DNA of 63,261 nt, filler included, from Choristocarpus tenellus KU-1152 (lineage: Eukaryota > Protista > Phaeophyceae), in the NCBI GenBank assembly GCA_964200185.2. It is 11 parts of 11 records of this genome, joined end to end, with 100 filler letters (N's around TTAATTAATTAA, not from the genome) between each part and the next. Parts side by side here need not be neighbours in the genome. Positions count along the whole stretch, not along the records: positions 5,151 to 14,286 come from CAXNAD020003952.1; positions 14,387 to 27,914 come from CAXNAD020001459.1; 9 more parts are not named here. One strand, written 5' to 3'. The notes below the pieces were generated by a model. The model had not been told where the DNA came from. It did no database searches and was given only the letters and a program-made list of their open reading frames with translations. This document shows positions 12,801 to 26,480 of the stretch, piece after piece. Position 1 is the stretch's first letter; the number at the start of each line of letters is the position of its first letter. Made by a program: the position numbers and the translations under genes.

Positions 12801-13727
12801 GTTGCTTCTATTGCACCTCCCCTTGGTTTCTTCTCCCCCTCTCCCTATCGAATGCGAACAAGGTATCCTCCGAAATCTCCACCTCGCCTGCACCTCTTGT
12901 GGTTTTGTTGTTGAAGGGAGGAAATGAACAGCTCTCTGAACAAGGTGGTTGATGAAATCTCAGCGAAGATCAAGGAACAGGAAGCTCAGAGGGTGTCACA
13001 GGATAAGGAAAATGCGTGCCTTAGAGAGGAGTTGCAGGTGGGAGAGGCGCATTGCCTGGGTTCTGGTGGGATGCAGAGGAGGGGGGGACGACAAAGGAGG
13101 CTAGTGGTGTACGGCTGATGGGATGAGGATAGGATGGCATGAATGTTTTGAGGTCACCTGGGTCTCTGATGTTTGTACTACTATTTTGTTTGGAATGTGG
13201 ACTGTGGGATGAAATTGTCTTTCTTGCCCGCATTTCATACTCACCTGCAAGGAATTCATTGTTCAATGTTCATCATCGAACAAACAAGATGCCTCTTGGT
13301 TCAAAGGCATTCACCCATACCCACACAGGCACACATAAAGGACTACGAGGAAAGGTCCAAGGTGTTCAAAGAGGCGCTCACGGAAGAGGACACCAAGGTG
13401 CACCCAAGGAGGGAGGGAGGGATATTGGGGGTAGGGGGTGGAGGGATTGTTTTGGGATGGGAAAAAAAATCGAAAAATGTGGTACCAAGCATTGTCATTT
13501 AGTAGTATTGGGTGTTTTACAGGGAGTGCACCTTACTAAAGGGGTCATACTTCAACCTGAAAGTGTGTCCTACATTCCCATCCTGGTACAAGCCAATATC
13601 CCTACTGCAAACCCTAACCCTGTAAGTTATTGACGCCCCGCAGAAGCGAGTGCTGGAAGAGGAACTTGCAGAACTAACCAAGGCCACGAATGAGGCATCC
13701 TCTGTTGAGTTAGCCTTGCTGGGGGAG
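9852..13727 (+). CDS. Taxilin-family coiled-coil protein, 9 exons, 3' end off contig
   Basis: Exons 9852-9919, 10048-10113, 10342-10558, 10730-10837, 11205-11309, 11671-11825, 12917-13037, 13329-13397, 13644-13727 chain in phase with GT-AG; EKLQALSITL..REEMNSSLNKVVDEISAKI..ENACLREELQAHIKDYEER follows the taxilin core pattern. Confidence 0.75.
12211..12412. repeat. Intronic minisatellite: 34-bp unit of two alternating 17-mers, about 6 units
   Basis: TAGAATACTGTACAAGG alternates with TAGAATACTRTATGAAT; no unique spacers. Confidence 0.95.
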
Positions 13728-14394
13728 GTAGAGGAGCTTGCTGAAGCGGAGGTATGATGGAAAGGGACAGGAGTGAGATGCTGTGACTCTTCTCTTGTCC
13801 TCCTTGAGTGCTATGTGTTGATGAGTCGCATGACTTGGTTCTGTTGTGTTGGTCTACAGAGGATGGGGGAATTTCAGTGTTAAATAGCCTGCTGCCTTCT
13901 ATTTGTTCCAATGTGGTTTTACCTGGCATGTATCCAAATGTTTTTGAAGCACACCAAATATTATTTTTGAGATGCGTGTGTGTGTATGTGTGTGTGTGTG
14001 TCACTGAAGTGCTAATCCTCCACCGAAGTTAACAACTCGTTGCTACAACCCTTTGATCGAAAGCTCCACTTCTCTGTCTTGCCCAGATTAATGTTCTTTC
14101 CCACTAGCAGCCTATTTGTCATTTGGGTAATACAGCTGCAGTTTCTATTCTTACTCCCTCTCTAGCCCAACCCTGCTTCTTGTACAGGTAGGCACTGCCT
14201 CCACTCTTTGCAAAACTCCCCCGATAGTACCATGAACAGTACCCCCCCCCCCCAGCCATGGAAGATGTAAAAGTGTGTGTGCATGCNNNNNNNNNNNNNN
14301 NNNNNNNNNNNNNNNNNNNNNNNNNNNNNNTTAATTAATTAANNNNNNNNNNNNNNNNNNNNNNNNNNNNNNNNNNNNNNNNNNNNGCATAAAG

Positions 14395-14570
14395 CGGGGG
14401 GGGGGGGGGGGGGGGGGTCTACACCAGGGTGTCCATTCGGATCCTGACCAAGAGAAAGTGCAAATACAATATCCATCCGATGCATATAAACAAATCACCC
14501 AAAAATCGCAACATGGAAAAATGAGCCCCGAAGGGACAGCTGTCAACCCCCCCCCCAGATACTTTGAGCC
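14395..14570 (+). mobile_element. MITE family A, left terminus missing
   Basis: Same internal sequence; ends CCCAGATACTTTGAGCC. Confidence 0.85.
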
Positions 14571-14629
14571 AGCAGTCTAAATCTGCAAAATGGCGAGGAA
14601 GCAGGATGCGATACCATGATTGGAGCAGA

Positions 14630-14735
14630 TAAAATGCTACACATGCGGCAAATTGGACACAGCAACAAATGTCCCACCAAGCACAAGAATTGTGATTTCT
14701 GTGAGCAGATGGGGCATTTGGCAGTGACCTGCTGT
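14630..14735 (+). pseudogene. Isolated gag-like zinc-knuckle remnant
   Basis: KCYTCG..GHSNKC and CDFCEQMGHLAVTC across a frameshift, between MITE fragments. Confidence 0.35.
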
Positions 14736-15776
14736 GAACAACAAAGGGGATACGGACGTGGCAGTGATGGGAGACGAAGGGCCCAGGATATCGTGGTCGT
14801 GGTGCTAGTGGAGGTACTGGAAATGGTGGTGATTACTGACACTTCCTAAAAAACACGATAGTCAAAATTGCATCAAAATCGCAACATTGGATTTTGGCCC
14901 CCAGATGGACGTGATCCTACCCTCTAAGATAATTTGGCTCATGAGTTGTGAAATGAGTGCTCGGTCTTTGTGTGTGGTTGGTTATTTTGACTAACTTAAT
15001 GGCACATCCCATTTACTTCAATGCTATTAAAGTATGAGTTGAGTATTTACTTGATTATGAGTTTGTGTACTCCCTTCTTTGGTCAGTACAATCCTTCTCC
15101 TATCCAAAGTGTACTCTCCCGCCTGCTAAAGTGTTACAGGCGAATAGCACAAGTAATTTCTTCCACTAATCTAACTAGCGCGAGGAGTGTACGCGCGCGT
15201 GGAACCCCCCAAAAAGGAACTCCGATTTTCTAAAAGTTGCAGAGTAAGATCTGTAACTTGAGAATGTATGCAACGCTTTTCAGATGTATTTGAACATGTG
15301 TAAACTGGACTAAATATATGATGATAAAGAGACCCCCACCTTTCAAATTTCTGACATCTATTCCACATACGTGCTTATTGACTCAGAAGTATACCTTCAT
15401 CTGCTGACCTGATATCTACCATCCTCATTGGACCTTTTTGACTGTCAGAGTATCTCAGGAGTCCTGTAAAAGCATGAGCGCCACTACAGGCCTGTGGATT
15501 GGAGTTATATATCCCATTGAGGTAAGCTCTGGAGCGTGCTGTAACAATAGGCCCTTTCTGCTACCATGACATCCGATGCCCTTCCAATGTACATGTTCTT
15601 CACAGCTTGACAATCTACAGCATTACGTAATGTTATTTCGATGATTAATTTGGTCAGAAAAATACCACTACATACATTGTCAACCTTCCACCCCTCCATC
15701 AAAAAGACATAGCAGACAACGAATGGCTATGTCATGAGGTAGGGTCCAATTCTAGACTGACGGTGAGAGTACCACT

Positions 15777-15942
15777 GACCTAAAGTATCTGGGGGGGGGT
15801 CTACACCAGAGTGTCCATTTGGGCCATAACAGGAAAAGTGCACTTACATTATCCATCCAACGTATGCAGCCAAATTGCACAAAAATCGCTACATAAAAAA
15901 ATGGCCCCAGATGGACAGCCTCCACCCCCCTTACTTTGAGAC
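15777..15942 (+). mobile_element. MITE family A, full length (about 166 bp)
   Basis: GACCTAAAGTATCTGGG..TACTTTGAGAC, flanked by ACT on both sides. Confidence 0.85.
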
Positions 15943-17172
15943 ACTATCATGAGGCAGGGTCCAATCAGTCGTGGGGGATGTTCAGAATCACTAGTTGTGT
16001 CATGGTGGAATGCTTTCAGCAAACCCAAACCTCTCTCAGCCATCAAAACTTAGTAATAGTTTGAATGGAGTCTTGGATCCAATGGGAGACGTCACATCCT
16101 TGTGACCGTCAACGGCAAGCGATCTGAGAATTCTCAGGACTTCTGTGTTTGATGAAATGGGAATGTCACCAGTGACAGCGAAATATGTGGGCAATACATT
16201 CATGTGTGCGCGCGGATGTGGATTATACTGATATTAGGGACCTGTCCGTCTCAGTTAGGTCCACCTCCAACCTATACGTTGAATCCTTGCTCCTCTCCAG
16301 GGGTTGTGATTGCACCTGCTGCTCTTGTTCTACCAGCTGCCCTACAGCGGCCTGCTCTCCTTTCTGGGCCAACACAGCTTTCATTGCCCTAGCTATGGCC
16401 AAGGACACATGCTCCCCTCATCTCTTACGTGTAAGGGATAACCTGCCCGTAAGGTCAGCCTACAATTCTAACTCTAATATCTCAGTGAAAATCTTCTCTT
16501 TACTGAGGATGAGGTTGGTGGGTGTGGGAGATGGGGGTACGAGTACTGTACAACCAGTAAGTCAGGGGTATGCGGGGGGGAGGGTGCAGGCAGTGCGAAT
16601 GTGAAAGGGAAATCAACCAGAGTACATCGTTTTTGGGGCATGAACTGCCTGGGCAAGGTCTAATCTTTTTTATCCTATCTGTTACAGTGTATGTGAGGCA
16701 ATCATTCACTCCCCCTTTTGAGCATGTTTAAAGCAATGATAACTAGAGTAGTGGAGAGTGATGGGGTCACAGTACATGTAGTCCATGAGATTTTAATGTG
16801 TCTTACGTCACCATCTAAAGAATTTTAGAATTAGTGAGATCATTTTCCTGGGGATGAAAGGCCTGCCTGGATGGGTTGATCCTCTTTATACTATAACCTC
16901 ACAATATTACCCAAGGAGAGGTAAGATGTACTTTATTGTCTCAACCATACTTCCTTGTGAAGTTGGGCAAAATATGTTTTCCTCCATTCATTGGGTGGGG
17001 TCGAGATGGAAGCCAAGCACCATCTACATTTTGTACGCCGAGAGTGAGGACAGCTAACCCAGAGAGCAAATATTTTCGGGATTGAGCAACCCTTTTGTTC
17101 TTATTGATTGATTATTGCTTGAAACACAGTCACATATCTTCCTACGCAACAAGTCTATTTTTTACCCCCTAA

Positions 17173-17430
17173 GAGTAATATCAAATGAGAGGCAGGCAGG
17201 GTTGAATTTGAAGGATCTCAACAAAGGGCAAAAATATGTCATATTGCACCATCATCGCAGAAATGGACTTTGCTATTAAATGTCTCAATTTGTGTGTAGA
17301 AAGGGAATATCAATTTTGCGTACACTATTATGCACATGAAGCAATGAAGTAAAGTGTATTGAGCAGGGTAAGAAAGACTACTTAGAATGCAGAAGGGTCC
17401 AAACCTGCCCACATCTCAATTTTTTGACCC
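17173..17430 (+). mobile_element. MITE family B (258 bp)
   Basis: Imperfect TIR of about 30 bp, flanked by TAA; homologous to the 27372 and 55158 copies. Confidence 0.85.
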
Positions 17431-18259
17431 TAACCTATTCACAGTTATAAATCTATCCCTCCTGTTGTAGCCCTCACCACCAATTCTGACACAGGAGTAA
17501 AATAGTACTCCATGGCACAGACAACATCGAGTCCACCATGATAGATTCGTTTCCACTAACAACTTTTTAGTACCTTCACAATTCTTACACATTTCCCCTT
17601 GAAATTATCCTTTCCCATTTCATAACCACTATTAACGGAATAGGACCCGAACCATGGTTGTGGGTAGAACTTCCCAATCTCTGGAAATGATTCTTGTAGT
17701 CTTGGTTGTTTATTTTTATTATTTTGCCATGTGACATTTTCCAGATCTGTTGGGAGGGGTAAAACCAATGAAAAACCATTAAAATGTCAGAACCCCTAAA
17801 AAAGTAATAGTTGTAAATGTGAAAGACATTTTTCTGTCATCTACATACTATTTTACTATCAACTATAATACACCAAAGGCTTCCTACTGTGCCTCCAACC
17901 TAGATTATTAGTCCTGCACCCCAGAGTGAGAAGCTAGGGAACCAACCCAAGAATCTAACAAGTCCCTCCTTGCCCATCTCTGTTTTGTCTCCATACTTTT
18001 TTTTTGTCATCCAATCTTCGCACTTTGATTATTCCCTCCCATTCCCTCAACCTCCCTTGAAATATAAGATCAAGTGTATCCTTATAGTAGTGAAGGAGGA
18101 GTATACGATTATCCCTTTTCGTACATACGATGAACCTATTGACACATGTTACTACAACATTATGGACACATGTTACTATAACATTATTTTTTGTATCACT
18201 ATACTTGATGTTTATTGTTGTACAAAACTGGTACAGAGTTTTCAGTCACAGATGTTCAC

Positions 18260-19907
18260 ATGGAGAGGTACTACCGACCGTATTGGCTCCTTCTATTTTC
18301 TTTGGCATCAGCAATCATCCCTGTTGCATCATGGATATTGCCTGGGGTCGTCATGAGACCGTATTCTGTTCAGCAAGGATCGGTCCGTGTAAGGATGTTG
18401 CGAAGGTTGGAGGGTGGCCTTGTTGGGTGGAAATTTCCTCTACCTGCCCAGGGACCACGGCGCTCTGGAGTTCCTGGCCTACGACCTGAGGCAGGGGAGA
18501 CCTTAGTTGGGTTGGGTGTAGCGGGTTTGGGGACCTTGGGGGCTCTCAGACTTTTGCAGACATCCAAATCTGTTCGTGTAGTGACCGATATTGACGACAC
18601 CGTCAAGTCCAGCGGAAACGTTCGCCTCGCGGGGATCCCACTAGGAGGGATAGATGCACAATGTGAGCTGGAAGAGGGATGGAGAAATACCAGAAGTTGA
18701 AATCAACGCATGCTTCTTAACGCTTTACCTCACTCATTTCCCCTCATCACCATGTTCCCACATCTTGCTCTATTACACTAGACAAGCGTGGTACTTTTTA
18801 TCCAGGAGTCTTCCAGTTCGCCCTTGAGGTATCGCGTTATCGCTTGTCCCCTTGGGAGACCCCCCTCCCTGTTGCCGTCCTGACCGCAAGGGCATGCGAG
18901 CTCCTCTTTGCTCTGGAGATCGACAGTGCACATCCCATATCTCAAGCCTACCGTTCTTGCGGCGAGATGAACGGATTCTCGTCCTGGGGGCTGGGCCCCA
19001 TCCTCTATGGTAGCGTTCAGGAGTGGGTGTGCACACATCGAAAGAGTAAGCGTAAGGTTGACAATTTTACTCGGCTGGTAGAGGGGGACGCTCGGGGTGA
19101 ATGGAAACAAGGTAACCACCAAGGTTCAGGGTTGTTGGTGCCTGGAGGTGGGTACATCTTTGTTGGGGACACCGGGGAGGGTGATTCCAAGGCCGGGGAG
19201 TGCATGTGCACCCAATATCCAGAGCTAATGCGAGCAGTCTTCCTGCACTTTGTGAGCGATAGCTTGCAGCGGAGTAAACTGACTCTACCTAAAGACAGGG
19301 TTGTTAATGAGGTGCCTATCGTCTATTTCCGCACATATGTAGGGGCATCTGTGAAGGCTCTAAGTCTTGGGCTCATGAACGGAAAGGGAATGGAGAGGGT
19401 GATCAATGAAGCGAAGAAGGTACGTAGAAAGATTCAACATCCCCTTTCACCTTTCATAGACAAAGGGAATGTGCCACATCATGATTTTGCAACTGTAGGT
19501 TTAAGATCATTGAACAGCATGTCCTCCCTCACTGATCATAATTCTGATCTTCCATGCTCTTGCTCCACATTTGCTGCTCCTGGAAGAGTTTCAATTGACG
19601 AGTATTGTATGTGACTTGTCACTGTTGATGAATATATTACTTTAAATAATATTATTCTATGTATTTTTTGTTCCAGATATGTGGTGGCAGTGAGACTATG
19701 ATCAGATATCACCCAGGAGGAAATTAGATCCTCTTGAGCTCTAACTGCTGACTCCTACCCACTGAAAAGGATCTGTCCAAGGTTCCCATGTCATCTTCAA
19801 AGTGGAAAGATTTGCTGCTGGACCTGGAGGATGCTGAGCAGGCACAGGCTAAGTTGAGTATGCTGGAGAAATCTGAAACACTGATAAAAAGCCTTGTTCA
19901 AAAGTGA
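18260..19907 (+). CDS. App1/DUF2183-type HAD phosphatidate-phosphatase-like protein; exons 18260-18662, 18782-19419, 19770-19907
   Basis: VVTDIDDTVK (DxDxT), YPGV, LTAR, IFVGDTGEGD, AVFLH, YFRTYVGA; in-phase GT-AG introns; N-terminal hydrophobic signal. Confidence 0.8.
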
Positions 19908-20748
19908 TTATCGTAGCTCATCCACAATGAAGTAATTCCAATAGAGGGTGGTGCTGCTTTCTGTTGGTCTATGTTTTACTCTCATGTATGTTTTATATGC
20001 TTATTTACAGGTCAGTTTTTTTTAGTTGGGAGTGTGGTACATGCTCCTCTTCACGACTTACTGCCTTCAACTAAGAACTTTGTCCTATTGCTTCTCACTT
20101 GAACATAAGATGGTGGGATGCGGCACAGCTATTTCCTCTAGTTTACATAGCACTCGTCTATTTTTTAGTGTCAGCTCTAGACTAGTCCTTGAAGATCCTG
20201 TGTTCTGATGTGAGTGGGATGGTTTGATAGTGATGTTTCTGTCTTGATTCTGAGAAGCATCAGCTGCTGTGCCCATATCATACCCATGTGAGTAAAGATA
20301 ACTTTTATTTATCTTCGAAGTGTGATCACATGAGCTCAAAAAGCTACTACTGCATTCAATATTCTATGTAACTGAGGAAATTGTCTTGAGAGGGTGCCTG
20401 CCAAACATTATGGTACACATGTGACCAATACTCATTTTCCTCCTTCCAGCAACAAAAGAGAACCTCAATATTTGCACTGTCATGACTTAGAGTTGTGGAG
20501 ACTGCAGGTAGGGACTGAAAAAAACATGCACAGATCAGGCAAGGTAGCGCCTGAAGCTGACAAGATAACCAAGCAAAAGGCAATGATTATAATTCAACTC
20601 TGTGTAGAGATGTCATTGGGGTGTGATGGTTTAGTAAGCAACAGTGGGCAAGAGTTCAAAGTCCTACTCTTTGGTTAGATCCAAATTCCATACATGCAGA
20701 GTCATGTGCCTCTTGTGTAACCATGGATGTGCTACATTAGTCTTATAA

Positions 20749-22787
20749 TTATAAGTACTCACGTGCTACACAGGATAGGATCCAACCATGTTCACAGTCA
20801 CCACTTACAGGAATGCCTCCTTGTGGAATTGCCATTTCCACTGTTGTGAGCAATGGAGCAGTTTCCGCAAATCTATCATTTTCCTCAGAGTGTGAGTTTG
20901 GTGAGGCAGATTGAGTAACCCTTTCTGCTGTGTCTTCTCTGCTCAAAATATCCTTACGACTTTCGAGTGGCCTGGCTATTACATGCATATGTCTAGCTGC
21001 TCGTGCAGCTTCAATAATTTGACGTGGTCCCTTCATTTCCCTGAGAACCCCCAATTGGAGCTGCTTTTGTATTTGCTTTGCGTCTCGTACTGGACAGAGC
21101 ATCACTTGCGTGCGATACAGTTCTGCGGCCTTGTCTCTTGTTGCCCTAAGCACCATGTCTGAATTGTTCCAACAGTGTTTTCTGCTGATAATCACATCTC
21201 CAGTTGGTGCTTCACTTTGGTGTTCCTTTTGACCAACAACAGCATCACGAGCATCAAGGTGAAAGCTTGGGGCTATGGTCAAGCGACCCCCAAACCATGA
21301 GCTAGGAAAATCACCGAGTAAGTGATACTTATCCCGAAGCCACTCTAGGCCACATCCTACGTAGTGGAGCACGCAGGGGTCAGGGCAATTGAGCACCTTC
21401 TGTAGGTTGAGCTCTCGGGGGTCTACCAAGGCTGTCCGACTGATGAAGGATGAAGATTTTCCTCTGTTATCCACTTCATCTTCTGCAACATTCCTGCCTT
21501 GACCTGTATTCATCTCTTTGCTCTCTATATCTGCACTATTTGATGCAGCTCTTTCAGCTGCTGAGGTATTCCCCCTGTCTACCCTGTTGCTCTTGCTCCT
21601 TTGATGTTTTAACCCACACCACCGGTGAACACTCTCGGGCAGGACCTGTCCTGGTAGGACTCTAACAGCCGACTTGCCATTGTCATAGGCAAGCATGTAC
21701 TGCCCATGACTTGTCCTCTGGCGCCAGAACTGCATGCATTCCCCAATGGCACCCGAGATGGGAAGCATGAGGTGGTTCATGCGAAACAGACTCACTTGAG
21801 AGAAGTAGTCTGTGACATTTACTTGGCATGGAACACCCTCATGATTGGCGTAAGTCATGTGCGTTACACCTAGGCTATCCAGCATGGAAAAGTGGGGCTT
21901 GATGGATGTCTCTGCAGTGTAGAACAACTGTGAAGGAACACATAGCACCGTCAATTACAGACGGTTAGAGGGAGAGAGGAAATATTCAAGAAGGCGATGT
22001 CATAGGTGTTGGCCAGATAGACCTTACATGCAGAGAATAATAAACCATACAAAAGAAATTTGCTAATTCTTTCAAAGGCGTATTGCATTCTACTGAAGTC
22101 CGGATATATCACCCACCTCGTCTATGTCAATGTGCAATAGCCAATCCAGTCCTCGCTCAGCGCTCGCGCTAAGCGCCTGTTCTGCATTTAAAGTTTGCCT
22201 GGCATGTACCTCAGTGTCAAACATATGTCCCAATGAGTCCCAGAGCTTGCAGTTTTTCGCCAACATTTCTATCTGTACAACGAAACAGTTTCGAAGGGAT
22301 ATGGGTAGTGGTTAGTAGATGCTACTGAGGTGGTGATCGGTAAATGTATAGTTACCCCCTTAGTTTTCACCTGTTCTTTATTGCGAACCCTCACGGAGAC
22401 CTCAGACGGCAAAAACCCCTCTTTTGTCCTCTCTGGTAGGGGGAAAGTGGAAAACCAGGGGTTTTGCCAAGGTCAGAGTTTGCATGGTTGCCATTCGTAT
22501 GACGTCTAAGAGACAGTCCGCACTCTGCCAAGGTGATCAACATCTCCATATTCAAACATACCAATGTAGATATTGTCTTTCCCATCTCCATCTTCAATTT
22601 CATCCGAGTACAAAAATATGTGATCAAATCCGACGGCAAGGTGATAGAGCAGAAAGGACTCCAAAATGGACCAGCATCGTTCAACTGTTGTCGCATCCCT
22701 TGCTTGAGCAAAACGAAAGGTGCTGACCAAACCGACACGCGACATCGCTAGAGCCTCCGTCTGTGCTGTTAGGATCTTGGGAGGCAT
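20749..22787 (-). CDS. KOBITO1/ELD1-like glycosyltransferase-like protein; exons 22787-22562, 22432-22371, 22272-22117, 21927-20749
   Basis: YHLAVGFDHIFLY, RQTLN, DWLLHIDIDE|LFY (DxD), NHEGVP, AYDNGKSAVR, VHRW, VLHY in the order known for KOBITO1-type GT-A proteins; all introns in phase. Confidence 0.8.
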
Positions 22788-22896
22788 GAGATCTTTCTTC
22801 TACTCCTAAATGGTGTTTCCATTTTGTCCATACTACTGTTCAGAAAAATCGGAGGTGTACATCCATTTATGTTTTCTACAACTAGACTCAAAGTAG

Positions 22897-24990
22897 ATGA
22901 CTAGATCTATGGGGTCAACTCTCATACACACTCCCTTACGCTGCCTAAAGGGAGGCGAAGGTCCTTGTTTTGTGGTGCGATTCACAGGTAAGTTGAAGTA
23001 TCTTATTCTGCCAACTCCCTCATTTCAATTGCAACTACAAGCTGATACGACAACCACTCCCTCTTCATTCGGATATGCCAACTCGTCGAGCAGGGGATGG
23101 GAAGTACTGCTTGACAGCCGGTCAAGACCGAACCGTGCGTTTGTTCAACCCGCACCGCACTGATCCTGATAAATTGCCCAGGAAAAAGAGCGATGGGGGT
23201 GAGCTTGAGGAAGCGTTGTTGGTCAAGACCTATGCTGGGCCACATGGGTGAGTTTCTTTAATTGGTCTCGCCTTTTCATCCATATTTCGTTTGCAAATTT
23301 GACGGCCGAAGTGTAAGGCTGGTTTAGTATTCAGCTTGTACTTGAGTCTTGGGTGGTACACTTTGTACGTGTTCTACCAACCCATAATACTGGCGTTGAT
23401 TCAGCTCATCCCCAGTGCATAGATCGGTTCATCACCTGCTATTTCCCCCTTCTGGTTTGGCATTATGAGCTACGAGATTCTTGACGTTGCTGTGATGGCA
23501 GACAACTCTCGTTTTGTCTCGTGCGGTGAGGATAAGACGGCCTTCCTCTGGGACGTTAGCACAGGCAGAGTGGTGCGGCGGATGCAGGGTCACGAGCAAA
23601 GATTAAATTCTTGCTGTTTCAATGGGGACGGATCCGTATTGTTTACTGCATCTTATGATAAGGTATGGTTCAAGGCACCCCCTACTCCTTCGCACCTTCC
23701 TTATTGAATTATTATGTCATTAAAATGTTGCTCATTTGAGGAACTCCAGTACTATATTAAATTCACGAGACATCAGAGTACTTTTTAACACAAACGAATG
23801 GAGCAACATCATACCACCAAACCCACCCTTTTACGTGTCTCCTACATGGATGAATACCTCCAACCACCCCATGGATGTTCGCACTTCTTCCATGCCCAAC
23901 GCACTTTCAGACAGTGCGAGCTTGGGACATGAGATCCCATAACCGGTCTCCCATACAGACTTTGGTGGGATGCAAGGACAGTGCAACTTCAGTGACCGTC
24001 ACACCATCAGGAGACGAGATTGTGGTTGGGTGTGTTGATGGGTATGTCAGGACATATGATATGCGGGCTGCAAGAGTACACGAGGACAACATGCATGCAC
24101 CAGTGACACATGCAAGTGTGTCAAATGATGGAAAATGCATCCTTGTGTCATGCCTTGGAGGTGTCATTCGGCTACTGGAAAAATCTAGTGGAGTACAGCT
24201 GAATAAATACACTGGGTAAGAGGAGACTAATGAAGAATATGAACAAAGCATCTGGAAATAATTAATCTTTCTTTGCAAGTGGATTCGACTCCAATGTGGT
24301 GTGAAGATTTTCAGTGTGAACACTATGTCAACTGCGGTCTAGGTAGTACTTGAAGGACTGGGTGATGTTTGATTTTTGCTGGGGAGATCATGCTCTTTGT
24401 TGTAATATGTTACTTGATATGTAGTTCATCAACCAATTATATCCTGGTGGATGCTACTGCCATTTCTAGGAACTCTGAATTCTGACTCTTGGACACTCGA
24501 TGCCCCCACTATGCTACTCATCCTCATACAGGCACCTGCACTCCAGGTATCGGATGGAAAGCTGGCTCACAAACTCAGATGCGCATGTCATCAGTGTAAG
24601 TGAATTTTAGGTCGGTTTTTCCCCTTGAAAAATATGCAAACAGACTGTATCCCTACAGGATGCAGAGTTGCACTACCCTCGTCTTGGTTTTTAACTGTAT
24701 AATCTTGGTCATGAATGGTGACCCCTTTGTCTATATAAGTGCTCCTTTCATCTACCTTTCACATTCTTGCACTACAGTAACTAGCGCTGTCCTGCTTGTG
24801 CTCGCTGTTGCTAAAATCTCTACAGGGGTCAGAAGATTGCCAAGTGTACATCTGGGATATAGTAGAGTCAAATGTTGTGCAAGTACTGAAGCATCACAAC
24901 CGACCAGTGTGTAGCCTCTCCTATCATCCTGATGAGCCCCTTCTCCTCACCGCATCATATGATGGCACTTCAGTGTTATGGGGACCATGA
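22897..24990 (+). CDS. WDR83: WD40 repeat protein 83 (MORG1); 6 exons
   Basis: Exons 22897-22987, 23094-23247, 23470-23662, 23911-24215, 24532-24595, 24826-24990 in phase; VRFT-GDGKYCLTAGQDRTVRLFNP, HGYEILDV..DNSRFVSCGEDK, VRAWDMRS..PIQ, GSED. Confidence 0.92.
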
Positions 24991-26226
24991 TAGTTCCAGT
25001 CAGTAGACGTGATACACACTTGTATTGTTGTCTCTCTTTATGCCAGATCGTGATATTTTTTATATGTAGTCTATTTATTACTATTCTATGACTATAGAGT
25101 GTTCCACATTACAGAGTTGGTTAACGCAGTTGGTTATCACAGTCTTAGTTTCTTGTTTCTTGGTGGCAATAGCTCTGGAAAAACTGGACGGTGTAGTATG
25201 CATGACTCACCTTGGGACAGCTTTAAGATTCAACCAGGACTGAAGGTCTGTGTAGGTACACAATTGGTGCTCTCCTGTGGAACTTGTTGATTTTATGGTA
25301 TCATCACTGTTGATCACATTAGTATTCCTCCTATTTTCACAGAAGTAGCTTGGAATACTCTTCTCGCAAACAGGAGGATTCAAATTTGGTTTATATGCCC
25401 TGTTGACTTGTGTTGCAGCTTTCCTTTTTCAGCTGTACAATGAAGGCTGAAGGTATACCTGATGACGACCTCGTGGCAGCTAAGAACAGTGCTGACTACT
25501 GTTGTTGGGTGAAGGGGTATTGCTGATGCCATGCGTGCCATGTGGCCTACCTTTCAGCAATGTCACAAATTTGTAACAGTATCTGCAAACATTCCCACAC
25601 ACAGCTACACTCTGAATGGTCTGCTACATAAGGAACACATTGTAGGTGTTTTTGGCAATGCTCAGTTAAAAGTTGAAACAGGAGGTCACATTTCCAATAA
25701 TTCTCTGGTGCTTTTTGGAACCAACGTTTTAAAATAGGAGCATAATAAAGCTTGATGGGCCGTCGCCTAGTCTGGAACTTCTGAAATACTGCCAAGTAAT
25801 AAGTTGGCACTTGGTGGAACGGTGGAACACTGTGTGAATTTACCCTTGAACAGTACAAATACTTACGCATATACCGTCAATGGTTTTTCTCTTGATTGCA
25901 CTGTACTGCCAGCTATGTCGAAACACCATCTAAAATGCTGTTCGGAACAGCCCGTTATTGTTTGTAATGGGATTCGAGATCAAAAACTGTATTTGTGTCG
26001 TGTTCTGGGGGAAGATCAGAATAAAAAAATACACAGTAGTTCAGTATCAGATGGACACCGACCAGATTGGAGAATAATGGTTTTCTCCTATTGCTCTTGT
26101 CAGTTGCGCCACATCATAGTGAAGTGATGGCACTGCTGCAGCCTCTTGAAATTGTTTGGAGAGCTTCCTTGCTTTGCCAACATCACAAGCTTGGGATGAT
26201 CTCCAGCTTGTTTTAAACCATGCTGG

Positions 26227-26480
26227 GAGTGAACATATCTTAGAGGGTACGAATTTTGCAATGTTTGTCTATTTGGGGCTTGGGTTCCCATGGGTTTTTT
26301 ATTACATTTTCCAAATCTGAAATGTTTCGGAGTAGGTGAAATGTGTACGTTATAAAAAGGTATGTTCGGAACAAGGATTTTGACACTTCCTAACACAATA
26401 GTCAAAATTATATCAAAATCGCAACATTGGATTTTGTCCCCCTAACGGACACGGCTCTAACCTCTAAGATACTTTGACTC
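26227..26480 (+). mobile_element. MITE family C (254 bp); partial copies at 14838-14940, 27807-27873 (inverted), 39985-40084
   Basis: GAGTGAACATATCTTAGAGGGTA..AACCTCTAAGATACTTTGACTC, flanked by TGG; shares the AAAATCGCAACAT..GGAC block and terminal AGATACTTTG with family A. Confidence 0.85.

Noticed and set aside
16000-16720. Possible retroelement gag remnant on - strand
   Set aside because: Coding-like but with no diagnostic motif.
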